Source of the DNA: Tubiluchus corallicola
Lineage: Eukaryota > Animalia > Priapulida
Assembly: GCA_030141605.1 (NCBI GenBank)
Contig: JAQGDQ010000005.1
Location: 1,978,184 to 2,042,183 of the forward strand
Length of the DNA: 64,000 bases
Direction: 5' to 3'
The translations under genes were made by a program, and so were the position numbers. Below, one piece after another: positions 1 through 13,766 of the stretch. Positions within the stretch are counted from its first letter, which is position 1, and each line of letters opens with the position of its first letter. The notes under the pieces were generated by a model, which was not told the origin of the DNA, ran no database searches, and was given only the letters and a program-made list of their open reading frames with translations.

Positions 1-225
1 CATTTAATGCCTGTGAAAACAAACGTATGATCATTTAAACAAGGCTCTAATAGATTTGGCAACTATGACTATGAACATAAATATAAATATGATTGATTCA
101 TGGATGACAGTTAAATTTCTATTTATTAAATTAAATTCTGCAATTCAACAAGCAAATCAGATATTTCGAAACCCATTTCAGACTCCTTCTGTGTTTTAAC
201 GGGCTTTTAAAACTTATATAACCAT
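1..225 (-). CDS. Possible 5' end of an unidentified gene running off the left edge (ATG at end of micro-exon 251-223, next exon from 10 leftwards: M|ALN...)
   Basis: On the minus strand, acceptor tcttttcag (253-252) opens a short exon ending ACAATG|gttata, and a second acceptor gtttgttttcacag (12-11) precedes GCATTAAATG. A candidate upstream donor lies at 2587-2586 next to a CpG-richer patch at about 2450-2780. Only 4 codons are visible. Confidence 0.3.
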
Positions 226-3200
226 TGTTTTGACAGAATAGGTACTTTTACCTGAAAAGAGCTTCCAAATATCACTTTCGCTTATTGAAATTCTTAGTTC
301 TATAAATGCTGAGTAGATAATTGTGGAATTTGACTTGAATATACACTTGCTTGACTATTTCCATGTTTATTGTTTAGCCAATTAAATTTGGCAAAATTTA
401 AGCACTTCATTGTTAAACCAACTATACTATGCGCCAACATTTTTGCAGTCCTAATGCGAGTGGTGTGAAAAGGTTTCATTTTAACTGGCTTCTATAATGA
501 CGACATAAATGTACAGTTGTAATAGAAAGTAGACACGCATGGGTGTCTGCTGGGGGTGGCAAACAGGTCACTTGATTCATAAGGTTTCAAAGTTGGAACC
601 TTATCATTAATTCCCTAAGGAGTGTTAGGACTTGGACATTTCTATTCTCGGCCTCACTCAGTAGCATGGTAAATTAGCTGATATAAGCTATTTACACTCT
701 GGCTTAAGAGGCCAGGATCAGCGGTCAAGCAGTCACTACGAACAGTGACAGCTTAGGATAAACCACAGCCGCTGATACAAAGTGGATTAGTGGCAAAATC
801 ATGGAGTGTCAGGTCATGTTTATCTGAAAAGTTTTTCCTTTTTCTTTTGTATCTCCCTATTTTTATATTGGAATTTTCATGATTTTTTTTCTCACAAGAA
901 CTTGCGAGAACTACAATACTCTCTAGCTTTAAATCGTGGAAAACTCTGTTCACGAATATTACTTTTACCATTAATTATATGATAGAGTTCTTTTCATTTA
1001 AACTCCAGAATCGGTTAGATGTCGGGATGTCACACTATCGTTTTATGGGTCATTCAATACTCAGGACTGTATTCAAAAGGAGTATGTTATCTTTTATATA
1101 TTATTCTTAATTCACTGTTTCCACGTTCCAACCCCATTTTTTATGTATCAACATATATAATATTATAGTTAGTAATCAGTATAAAAGGTAGTAACAGTGC
1201 TCCAAACCCAACCCTAGCTGTAGGCACTTGCTGTCCTTGCCTGTCCCACCCCACTGCACCATATGAAGGCCTAGGAGTATGATAATTTCAAGCAAGAAAT
1301 TGAGATACAGAGTATATCCCTTTGCCCCCCCTCCCCCACTGGAAAAGTTCAGCGGATACCCTTGTAGGCATGTATACATCGCAAGTGATTACAGCAATAC
1401 AGATCATTGCTCTGCATTAAAGTTCCTTTGCTCCTCATTTTTATTTTGGTGGAGGATACAGTGCTCAGCCGAAAAAAAAGTATTTTGGCCCCTTGCTAAA
1501 GTGTCAGAACTACTAGAACAGTATCAACTTAAATATGTTGATATAAATATGATAAAAAATCAAAGAAGAAAAATAGTTAAGAAGAAAAAGAAAGGTTAGA
1601 TGAAGAATTTAACGAGAAAATTTGAATTGCAATCTTATCTAGAGAGGTTAGGACCAAATGAAAGTAAACAAATTTTAAATATGAGATTAAATATGGTTGA
1701 TATTAAGAGGACGTGCACAGAAGTGTTAAAAAATGGGTGTTGAAGGTTAAGTCATGTGTTAGAATATTGGAAAACAATATACGAAATGACACTTGTCAAC
1801 AAGATGTGACAGATATGTGATTGTCAATGTCATATGGAATGGAAGCACTGTTAATTTCTCTTGCATATCTTTACAGAGCATAGGATATGGTAGTTTGCGA
1901 TATCAATAGTCCAACAAAGAGATCATTGAAACATCTTGATAGAAATAAACAGTTTTTCATCATGTAGCCAACATTGTAGTTTTTTAATAGTTAACCTAGG
2001 CAAGTGCTAACTTGCGAATTTATAATAGGAAAACATACTGCACCCTAAAGTTTAATGTACAAAAAAAACTTAATTGATTAGTTACATGTATTCAGTTACA
2101 TATTTTACTTAAATACATTTAATATATCATTAAAACTTATAAATATTAGTTACATGGTTTCAAATACATATTCTCAGAAATGACATACACACCATACCTC
2201 ATCAATAAGCCACCATCATCAGTAGTAAATCTCCAGGAGTTATAAATATAACTTTTGAGATAAATAGTTCTTCCACTGTAATTACGACAAATACCACATA
2301 CATTAGATTATCATCAACACCTAGGTGGTTCTAAATACCGTAAATATCCATCATAAATACATTAAACATTCTGCAGATTTAACGTCGGTTTGGAGTGCAA
2401 AAATCTTAGTTTGTAAATAAAAATTAATAAAGCAACCCGAGAAGATTGGCGGGTTAAAAAGCTAATTTACGCTTAACCCCTATCCACGCGTAATTAAATA
2501 CTATTTTCCGAAATACAAAAAATTGTATTTATCCATAACAGATACTGATTTAGCCTAATTTTAAGACATCTCAAATAAAAATTTTACCTTTTTCACTTTT
2601 CATGCCAAAAATAATATTTATTTCGCTTTATAGCAAAATTTGCACAGTTTTTCAAGTATAAGTTAGGTCTTAGAACGCCGAGAGCACACTAACACCCAAC
2701 ACTACGAGCATAAAACGCATTTACGCACGGGACAACATCAATCGTCATCGGTGTTGGATGAATGAACTACGGTTTGTTTTTTACACCAGATTCTTCAATA
2801 GAATTTACTAACTATTAAAGCATAAACCACTAACAATTTTATAACACGACCAATTCGAATCGTCAACATGGCAATCTCAGTTCAGGCCAACACTTTCCTG
2901 GTTAATTTTTGTAACTGTTTTTAAGTAAATGACAAAAAGAAAATATTACTGTACAGACTGTCTCTTCCTGGCACAAGATGTGCTAGAAGCAGTCACTGTC
3001 AGCTGTTTAGACAAATTATCAACCATTGCAATGAAGTCATTTGAATTAATTCTTGAATCCCAAGCCAGCAGGGTATCAAAGTTAACTGTTAGATTTTTTT
3101 GTTTTACACAACCCCAATTCTAATAAAAAAATCAATGGCAATTACTAATTGCAATTGCAATTGAAAGATTTTCGAACGAGTTTTCGAACAAACAGTAAAA

Positions 3201-4195
3201 AATAGTCTTAGAAAGATCATGCATATTACTCGATCTTGTTCTGCAATAAAACCACTAATTTCTTTAAAATTGTGTACAGAAATCACAGCTAAATTATGCC
3301 AATTGCATGACGTTTCAATCAATTAATGATAAAGAACGTATGCGATTGAAGTGCTGAATTATTCGAATCTATAGTTTAGGGTCGAATCGAATTCGAACTA
3401 AAAAAACTCTCTATTTGAATGCTCACCCCTACTGGACAGACATCTGCTGTCTTAGATTTCGTTCTTACCAACTATCCAAACCTAGTTGACAATCTGTAGC
3501 ACCAATTGGAAAATCAGACTACAGTGTTGTGATGATAGAAGTTTACATGCCCGCAAGCATTTTCAGCAATTGAATTTACTGAACATCAACATGTGGTCAA
3601 ATTTAACTTCAAAAATGTGTGCTATGATGTCTTTCAAGATAGCTTGCAACATGTAAGCCAGAGCAATACCAATATGAAAATAAATTGTTAAAGACAAGCC
3701 TATGAAATTCTGGATGCATGTCAAGAGAACACATTACACGAATAAAAATAGAAATTAATTCACACAAAAATTAGCTATTGTCTATTCTCAGTTAACAATG
3801 AGTAAAGTACAGTTATTAATAAACGAGCTGCATCGACATAGCCTGCTAAAAATTACGTGACTTCCACACATGTAAGTCATACAATTTCGCATATATACAA
3901 CCACGAACAAAAGTAATCCAACTACAGGGCTAGCACAAGACATTATAAAGCACAATAGTAGCCTTTAATATACATGACGACAGATTGCTGAAGTAAAACA
4001 TAAGCAATACACAGCCATTACTGTCCTGCAGAGGGTTTTCCATGAACAGTGATGCTAGTAGCTAATCACGTCTAGATATCATCAATAGCCACCAAATATT
4101 TTTTATAGCACTTGAAAAATGGTACATATTACCATAACAGCTTTGCACTGTGTACTTTGATATATTACACCATATATCTGCACTAAAAAGAGCCA

Positions 4196-6226
4196 CTAAA
4201 AAGGCTTGAATTTTCTGGCAGACTTCATCTCTTGCACTTTTTGTTTGTCTTCCTCAAATTGTTTCCTGAGATTTGCAATGTGATCTTTTTTTAACTGCTT
4301 TGCTTGAAATGTATAAAAATCTAGTTTTTGTCTCTGCAGCTTTTTCTTTCTTTCTCGACGTGATATCCGCCTATGAATTCCCTCTGTTCTTGCTATGCCA
4401 GGCTTTTTACCACGTCTAGTAACTTTGATCCAACCTTCATCATCAGCCACACCAACTGCTGCATTTTCTTCTTGTTTTTGCTGCAAAAGTTTATAGAGTA
4501 TTTAGACACAAATCCTTAATTCTGTCCTATGAAAAAGGCAAAACAGCAGACTGCCCATATAGTACAGTACCGCACTTCAATGGAATATTAAATTGTATAT
4601 TAAGTGTTTTAGGTTCAGCTTTTGCTTGTTGTGATGTTCAGGAATTAAGATGATTTGCCTACCATGATGAAGATAGAGAAGTTTCAAATCAAGACATGAA
4701 TAATTAAAATACCATTATGCTGAAAAATTAGAAGTCTAAATGTAGTTAGCTATGAATTCAGTTAATTACTGTCACTTATGCAAGGTTTTACTGAAGAAGC
4801 TGCTATTCAGTAGTAGTACTTTAGAGGTAGGTACTACTACTAGAAAGTCAAGAGGTCGCCTCCGTGCCAGAACAGCCATGGTCGGTATGGTAGTGGTACA
4901 GATTTTAAACCCCTTGGCATGGCCATCGCATTTCCAATAACTGGCAAAATGAATTAATTTGCAGGTCAATTATGTGCCAATTATATATCAAGTTGATGGA
5001 TATTAATATGAAATTTTCTTTACTTATTACTTATAATACTTATTAATACTTTTTAATACCAGTTTATTGTCTGACAAACTTGTCAGAAAAAACTGAAAAA
5101 GAGATAAATAACATTTTAGAAAATAAATATAAGTATCATACTTTTACTACATGTATTAATAACATCAGTGAAATACAGGTCCATGTAAAGCAGCTAATAA
5201 AGATGACACAACGGCAGAGAAAAGGAAAAGTATGCTATCAATATTTTATAATAACAGCAACGGATAGCAAGATTAATCTTTTAATGCTACTGCTCATCGC
5301 ACACGAAGCAAAATCTATATGCAACAAGTTGAATAACAAAGATTCAGTGCTTATGCACTTGATAATGCCGTTTTTCCAACTTTGCCGTACACAGAATTTT
5401 ATTAAACGCGTTTAAATTTCTGTATACTCACTAATCATGTTTCCATGTGTGTGCTAGGCAGGGCTGGTGCTAGGAAGTGCAGGCCCAATTAGAAAATTGT
5501 TAGTGGGCCCTCTAACCTAAAATATGAAGACTGATGCTTTATGCTTCGTGTAGTATGCCAGTCTCAGCCAAAAAGCGCTAAGGACTTGAGGCTCCACCAT
5601 TAGCCCCACTACACCACTCGCGCTAGGCAAGACTATTTTAATGTCCCTGTCTTTGTAAGAAAACTTTCAAGGGAGATCCAGTAGATAAAGTGATAAATTT
5701 TCAAGAGGGTCAGTGACAAACTTGGGTTAGTTGTTACCACAGATATTTTCATATTTTAATTATTTTCAATGTTTTCAACAAAAGTTTAAATTTGATCATT
5801 TGTACCTTTTCAGTTTTTAGATAATATTGATTTATGTAATCATCAACTTCCTTTTGTAAAGCCTCCTCGTCTATACAGTTGTTGTCAATGTATTCCTGGC
5901 ACCATTCTGAGAATAAGAAACAAAAACATTTTTAAATTTTAGTACCACTTCTGCTTTTCTCACAAATAAAAGAAAAATGCGAGTACGTTGTTGTGAGAAA
6001 ATCATAACAGAATGTAAAACTGAATAACACACTAAACACCAAACAGCAGTAATACGTAACATTTAAATAACCATGCACTATTTTAAGCAAAAAGTTCAAC
6101 AGAAGTATACATAAATTGATCAAAAATTTTAATAATCAATATACTTTTCATCCCATACAGTAATGGGGCATGTTTAGCTGATGAGCCAGATGACTGATTT
6201 TGCGAACTTTTATTTTCATTTGCCAT
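4196..6226 (-). CDS. RRP7A: Ribosomal RNA-processing protein 7 homolog A, about 155 aa; coding exons 6226-6145, 5906-5806, 4480-4196
   Basis: The spliced product MANENKSSQ...PLLYGMKKWCQEYIDNNCIDEEALQKEVDDYINQYYLKTEK-QKQEENAAVGVADDEGWIKVTRRGKKP...LDFYTFQAKQLKKDHIANLRKQFEEDKQKVQEMKSARKFKPF matches the RRP7 C-terminal domain (DEEGWxxV, FYxFQ, FEEDK, RKFKP). GT-AG junctions have consistent phases 1 and 0. Confidence 0.92.
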
Positions 6227-8194
6227 CTTTCATTGACTTTCCTCAGACAACCATCATAATTCTAAAACAAGTAAATTCTGTTACATTTGTAAATATCTTC
6301 AAGTAAATGCTTACTAGGGATAAAAAAAGTTATTTATGCTAAATTATTTAAGCCATGAATCAGTGCCGTAAAAAAGCAAACTTACAAATTTTAATGGTAG
6401 TGGAATATAATGATGCAACTGCAAGCAAAGGTTATATCAACACAACTAAAAACCTATTGAATGTAGTTGCTAATCTGAATGTACATTGTGAAAATACTTG
6501 TTGAATGCTGTGTGGGCGGAATAAAGACAATATGAACTAAATTTAATACATTAAATATAAACAGATTAACAATAAAACAAGTAATAACATGTAAAATGGT
6601 AAGATGTCAATTATACATAACATCACATGCTGCACATGTATATGAAATGATCAAAGTTGCAGTGAGTTCAGCTGATAGAGCTGCCAAGGAGTATGGAATG
6701 AAATGAGTGAGATTCCACATAACTAGGGGTATGGGGCAGACAGAGGCAGCTCTAGGCAGTTTAATGCCCTAGGCAAAGGTATTTTTAGCACCCCCTCCTC
6801 AAAGGTCAACCCCTTCTCCACAGTTCCCACTACATCTGCAAAATTAGATTTTTCTTGCATATTATAATAAAATATAGTAGTACCTGTGTATTACAGTTAT
6901 ACAGGTAATATTGTATATTAGTCATTCTTGCATAATATTTTAAAATATAATGGTATCTGTGTACTAGGCTTATACATGTATTATTGCAAACTAAAAAAAA
7001 TTAAGTGCAGTTAATTATCTATCTATAGCATGTGTTGACTGAAATTGAATTTATAACTCCATTGTACGTCATGGGTCTTCAGAATCAGTCAAATTTATGA
7101 TATTGTTGGCCAGGTTATCCCTCAGCTTTTTATTCGCAAAATTATTGAAACCCTAACTCCTCTTTTTCACATACACATCCATTTCATTAGGTTCATCACA
7201 TTCACAACCATAACTCTGGTTTGGTTGCATAGTTCATTAGTAATTCGTTTTACTGTTCAATGTCCGACAGTTTTTTACTTTGTTTCATGTATTTCGCTCC
7301 TGAAGACGTCAATTCTTATAGGTTTATTTGCCATAATTATATTACGTATTATATAAATTCCAATGTAAGAAGCATTTTTTATTCATGTATATTAAGCATT
7401 TACATAGTTCTGCTGCTTTATGCATATACCAGACAACCATGGGCAAAGGTAGAGTGACACATTAGTAAATGACGTAATCTTAGGAAAACAGACATAGTAA
7501 AAATGGAAAGTGTTCTGCTGCAGGAAGACAGTTGTTACTTGCTAGCATCGATGTTAGCATTTTGACAGGAAAATAACGCAAGCAGTTTGTTTCATTTAAT
7601 TAAAGTATTGCGCACTTAAGCAATTACAAATATTGTTTTTTAGCACTTGCTTATGCTGTTGCATGGCAGAGCAGGGGATTGCAATTGCGTATGTTTATTA
7701 TGTTCACGATTGCAATACAACTGTGATTATGTCTATATTTGTATATATGTTTGCATATGCATGCATTCATTTCAATGATCACCAACAAACTGAAGTTATT
7801 ATTTTATAATCCTGAAAAGAGTGGCTGATTCGATAACCTTGTGGATTTGGCCACACTTTCTCACTGAATTTGAATTTTGTTTGTTTTGCTTTACATTGTA
7901 CTATACCATTCAAGAAGATAAAAAATTATTATCTATCTATCTGTGTTTATTTATTTCGTTTTATTTGGAATTCTTGAATTTAAATAAATAGTCTACTGAT
8001 TCAACATAAGCAAAAATGCTGGAATTGCCAGTGCATTAACCATTTCAAATATTAATAACCACGTAAAAATAGCAGTATCATCATACAAATCTGAACTCCC
8101 TGAAAATCAAGTTTTTACACTTCAGGTACTTTCTAGCTAATATGGTGTACATATTTTTTCATTACTAAAGAAATATAAGAATGTTCAAAGTTTT

Positions 8195-8580
8195 TCCCTT
8201 TTCTTCTTCTGTTGCTCTATTGTAGACATTGAGCCTCCATCCTTTATTAAAGCACTCCACTGTTTCCTACCTACAGCTAAGTATTTTCATCTTCTGTGAT
8301 GCTGTTATTAAGTTTGGTCTCAGCTGTTGTAAATCTATATTAATTCTTGGTATCCAAGTTGTTTTTGGTTTGCTTGGATGTTGTAAGCAAGCTCTAGTGC
8401 CTCGTTTAAAGCTAATCTTATTGGCGTTTGCGGCAATCTCATTAAATGTTCTACATATCTTAGACTTCTAATGATACCAATGAATCTCTGGAATATGTAC
8501 CACTGAATGGTTTGGCGACGCTAGCCCCAAGTTAGCAATGAAAGTTCCACTCTCAATGATATTCTCTGAAGCTATTACAT
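8195..8580 (-). mobile_element. RTE-clade LINE 3' fragment
   Basis: Degenerate translation HLMRLPQTPIRLALNEAL...KPKTTWIPRINIDLQQL is typical of an RTE ORF C-terminus. It shares CTCAATGTCTACAATAGA and a GAAGAAGAAAAG tail with the copy at 55150-55540. Confidence 0.65.
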
Positions 8581-8599
8581 TTATATACCCTATCCAAGA

Positions 8600-9310
8600 A
8601 TATACCTTATCCAAAAAAATAAGGACCTAGATGGTAACAATTTGTAAACGGTCCTCTCTCAAATGCTTTTTGAAACTGATGAAGCACTGATAGTTGATGA
8701 TGATTCCATGGCTGAATTATGCGATGTCCAAAGAAGTGTGATCTGATGTTGATTCTAGCTGGTTACACAAATAACTTAGATACATAACCACAAAGAACTC
8801 TGTCAGGCCTGGAAAAAATTCTTTCTCTGCCAAAACAATGTTTCCATTAATTATTTTGAAGCAGTTCACAAGATCAGCAGTCTCTCGCCTTTCCTCGATA
8901 ATAGTAATCAAAGTGGGATCTAAGTCAATAGCAAGACGAGTGCATCTATCCCAGGTTTCTTTCAAGAGAATTCTTGAGCATAGCATACTGGGTGACCACA
9001 CGACCAATGGCTATTCTAGAATGGCTTGAACAACAACTTTATAGAGAGGAATAATTACAGCTGCATTTCTCAATATAACACAGTGCTTAATCGTGTCAAT
9101 ACGACGGTTTGCTTTTCCAATGATATGGTCCACATGGGAATTCCATATGGTCCACTAGAAATCATTACTCCCACGTCTTTAATTTTCAGCTATTTGTGCA
9201 TTATTTAGAAAGTAAGGTGTCATACATTTAGAGCGTATTCTAAGAAAAGCACATTTGCTGGGTTTAAGGGCCATCTCCGGGAGACAGTTCCACGAATCAG
9301 ATGACTGTAA
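8600..9310 (-). mobile_element. CR1/L2-type LINE reverse transcriptase 3' remnant
   Basis: VVWSP...ERRETADLVNCFKIING...EFF, then RSHFFGHRIIQPWN in a shifted frame, match post-RT motifs of CR1/L2 elements; the region is frameshifted. Confidence 0.7.
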
Positions 9311-9739
9311 TAATAATTTTATTTTTTATTGCTAAAAAGTCCCTCTTCAAGTGGTTCTGTTATACAACTGCTCATTTGAAATGACATGCGGCCATTTTAT
9401 TTTAAGTTGATCTCTGTGGAATACATCCATTTCCGCTTCCTGCGTTACAGTCAAACCCCACGTTTCACTATATAATTAAGCAATAGTATACATTGAAAAA
9501 AGTCGCAGCCTTATTTTAAGGAACAGTTTCTTACTCGTTAGAATGAATTTAGTTTGGATAAAACCGTACATTGCCCGCTGTTTCCTCTTTTTGACTTAAT
9601 TATTTTCAGTCTTAAGTACTAAGTACGGTTCTCATGTATTTCCAACGTTTGCAGAATTTGCAAAGCATTTTTCATGTTTAGTACCAGCAATACGGGAAAT
9701 TAAGCTCGCGATAAAGTTCAACGTAAACGACTGTCATTG

Positions 9740-10020
9740 ACAAAGGGTAGGAAAGGTCCCTATTCTTTGGTCATTGATGTCCTAGACCAAGGAATTTTTA
9801 GGCTCTTGAAGAGTTGAAGTTCGCTGATGACACTGAACTTGCCGATGTGTGTGAGCACTATATAACAAGTATTTTTAATCACCTGTTCTTGATTTTCTTT
9901 AGATAAACAATACAACCAAGAAGAAAGATATACAATGCTAACAATTTCACGTTCATGGAATTTCTCTGGAACGATGATTAGGTTTTTAAACTTTGGACAA
10001 AATTCAAGCACCAGCTCAGT
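9740..10020 (+). mobile_element. LINE RT core remnant
   Basis: The plus strand reads GPILW... and LKFADDTEL, a degenerate FADD motif of non-LTR RT; the segment is short and broken. Confidence 0.45.
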
Positions 10021-13000
10021 TCTCCAAGTACAGTCACTAACGTAGTACGTAACAATAATCATCGTTAACGTTAACAACAACATTATTTTACCGGCAGTCG
10101 ACCAACAAGTAGACTAGCTCAGAACTCGTCAGTGTTGCTGCTCTTAACTTCCATTTCAACAAAAGTAGAAGAAAGGCAATCAATTGGCAACTGTTGTGTT
10201 TGCCCTGTAGTGGATTGAATAATAATTTTGATGATGACAATAATAACAATAATAATAATAACAGGCACTACTAGGATTAATACGACAATACTAGCATTTG
10301 AAAAAAATGATATTCCTTTTTTAAACTAGAAAACTAAACGACAAAACTTGCAACCTACGTCAAGTGCAAACCAAAAAAAATATGGGCATAACTCAGTTTT
10401 AAAAAATAGCAGTCCATCTTAGGAATACAGCTCACTCAAACTTAAATCATCATGTAACCTAAGAAATTAGCTTCAAAAACAATTAAAAATACGCTGCTAA
10501 GAAATTACTCAAGATTAGCATATAAAAATGATTAACTAATCACCCTACCGATTACCTTTGTATTGTGTGCAACTTAAAAGAATAAGTTTGTTCATTTACT
10601 ATTTAATTTTAGCAACTGACGAACAGAAAAAAATCACCCAACACAATTATAACTATTATAGCTTTTAATCACGTAAAATTACACACATGCAAATATAAAT
10701 TTGTGACGACTCCTGCCATGGTATTATTGTGCACGTCGCGCTGCTAGTGCATAAAAAGTGTAGGAGCCTTGCATGTAACCTAGAGACAGTGAACAAAAAC
10801 AACATAAAATTTAAATTAAAATAAATAGAAGCTAATTAAATTAATGAAGACAGACACGGTTTTTATTAATTTAAAAGGGCTCAACTCATGATGTTTTGCT
10901 AAACTGGATTACAGTAACACGTTTGACTAAGACAACTTATTTTTTGGCTAGAAAAAACTTTTAATCCGCATTAAGTAATGCAGTCTGCAGAAGTTTTTAG
11001 CGTCTTCGTTTCTAATACCCAGGCACAATGTTTCGCAATTATAATGTCTCTGTTTTAGTGAGTCGCTTTTATGATACTGCAACAACCCTATTGGTGGAAG
11101 ATAAACGATTTGCTGATTGGCCACTGCGAGGTTTGAATGACGTTTGCCGATTTGTATTGGAGGATGAGCTGAGAAAACTCACAGTTTGACCGGAGTGAAC
11201 TGCTGTAGTAAATTTAGTAATTTCCGAAAATGATGCCTAAGAACAGTATAATAATTATATAATAAAATTAACATGAGCACATGATACCAATAAAATATGC
11301 AGCATATGCCGCTGTTGAACCAAATGTAAATCTTTGGCGAGGCATTAAAACACGGCCAGTAATACAAGCATCCCCTACAATTTTGTTTATTAAATCCAGC
11401 ACCTTGCACATTGACTGGAAAGAGCATTAACATTGCACTGCATGAAGTTTTCAAATGATGTTCGTCAATCCATACATTGTTATAAATTTAATTAAACCTT
11501 GTTAAAAAAATTTACAGGTTTGACTTTGAGCAATGTTGAAAATGAATGTTTACCCATCGTACATATCACCAGCTGATGACTAACACGGTTTTCCTGCAAC
11601 GTTAGCAGGCCCAAGATAAATCTAAATACTGCTGACACGGAAGTTCTACATTAATTAACATAATATACTCTTTCCGTAACACTGTTAAATTTTAAACCTT
11701 GTAGGCCATCTGACTGGAGAAGAATGACAATCTTCAATTAATTAAATCTGACATTAAGCGCTTAATTGAACTGTTTAAACTGTTAAACGAAAGTTAAAGT
11801 ATCATATTTATTCGCATATCAAAATGCAATTCATTGAATAGTTAAGCATAATGGTGACGATATAGTTAATTAATTAATTATCACAAGTGTTAGAAGCATT
11901 ATTAGCATAATTTCAGTTTCATCGTATGTAAATCCGGGTATTAATATCTCGTTGTTCAGCCTTCAATAAAGTTTGCGTGATATCCGATCAATCAACGTGT
12001 AAATATTATCATCATAGTAATGTACAAAAATACTATCCTTTCTCATTGTTATTAAGCTACTCTGAGTATTTAAGACAGATAATGCGCAGAAGATCATTAT
12101 TAAAGTTATCTATACATTATCTTTGTAAGGGAAGACGTATTAGTAATACATGTTGTCATGCATACTGTACAATGAGAATTCCTCGGAATTTGAAGAATAC
12201 GACGTAACGGTTTTCTATAATATTACTCCACTGTAAGTACATGAACATTCTTAGTTAAATCAAATACATGTATTGAGCTAACATAGAAAGATATACAATA
12301 TGAAGATAATTAATTAACAAATTTCAATAACTAGTTAACTGATTAGGGGGCCTAATCAAAATAAACAAATAATTTAAAATTATTTAGAATCATTCACGGG
12401 AGTGCGTACACATTATCTCTCTCTCCCCGTCTCAACAGGTTTTGCAAAAACAAATATTTAAGGTTGAGCATGTTTTTCACATGTTAATTTGCAACTATAA
12501 TACATGTATACGTATGTTTTAATTGTCTATTGCAGCTGATGCAAAAGGTTTTTGAGGAGTAGCACTCTAGAATACAGTTAAACAAGTGTCCAAACAACTG
12601 GATGTTTTCTTCAAATGCTGTAAAACGACATTGATAAACCTGGTGGTTCAAACGTCTGCAAATGCTTTGTTTGTTACATATCATGTGATTAACAACCAGT
12701 ATTATGGTTTTTGAATTTATTGTCAGTGAATGTAAACTTTCAAATTTCATTTATTTTTGTTTAATAAGACGTCAATAAGTATTGATACCATGTATCTCAG
12801 AGTTCTAATCAATTTTGCAGTGGCTGTTCATTGCCTGCAAATGTTCCCTTTGATACTTGATGTATTTTTTGTTTCATTTGTTGTGATTGATAGAAATATC
12901 AAGAGCCTGTGTTATAGAGGTCTATTCAATTTAGCATTGTTTGTCTTACAGTTTCTGTTAAATTTTGAATTAGTCCTTGCCATAATAATAATTATTAAAT

Positions 13001-13249
13001 AATTATGCCTGTGGTTAACTTTTTTGTTTTTTGAAGTTTAATTGGGAGTTTTACAACGAACGATGAGCCATACATTTTTATGTAATGTGAATTCACCTTC
13101 TAAAGTAAAAACCTAGGACTGACGTTTTTGGTTGTTGTTTGGTAATTATAAAATCATACCATTTTTTGTTGTGTCTAAAACCCAATTTTTCTCTTCCGTG
13201 TTGAATTAGCATACTATGAAAATCTGACAAAAACAAAACACAATTATTA

Positions 13250-13703
13250 CATTCCAGGATGTCAGAGAAATGATATCGTAATGAGTTCATGATTATGAGG
13301 TCCTTATGAGTTCCCAAAAATGCAGTTATGATGAGCTCATAACTATGAGACCTGCATGATCTTGTTATATTATATATTAGCCACGTTGAAATCGTAGTAT
13401 TGATGTCGTGCACAGCTCATAATTATGAGGTCTTTATAAGCTCATAAAAATGATGTCATGCTGAGCTCTGAATCATGATATCAGTATGATCTCAGTTTGA
13501 TGAACTCATACATACCTCATGGCCTGACATCAAAATGAGCTCATAACCATGAGGTCAGCATGATGTCATGCCATGAGATCAGTATGACCTAAAAACATTG
13601 TTACAAATTTTGCTCTGTATGAGTTCATGATTTTGACCTCATTACGAGATCACGCATAAGGTCAGTGTGACATCACTGTGACGTCAGATTCTTGAATGGG
13701 TAA
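13250..13703. repeat. Degenerate array of about 25 ATGA-NN-TCAT palindromic 10-mers, possibly a MITE interior
   Basis: Repeated atgagctcat, atgatgtcat, atgagttcat, atgaactcat, gtgacatcac and gtgacgtcag; the right end gattcttgaatgggta loosely mirrors the left end. Confidence 0.7.
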
Positions 13704-13766
13704 CCAAAATGAAAAATTAATTTAAACACTAAATTTTAAAATAACTCTAATGTAAGCGTACTATAT

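Noticed and set aside
5458-6800. Short GC-rich CAGGG-type patches (also near 540, 1330 and 34610)
   Set aside because: They are likely decayed hAT-type MITE ends, but termini and TSDs cannot be resolved.
9760-10083. 107-aa minus-strand ORF with signal-peptide-like start
   Set aside because: The opposite strand carries a LINE RT remnant (KFADD), so the ORF is probably incidental.
12480-13000. Possible transposase remnant
   Set aside because: The composition is coding-like but I can name no motif with confidence.
13250-13703. CRISPR-like array
   Set aside because: The context is eukaryotic, the units are 10-bp and degenerate without regular unique spacers, and there are no cas genes.
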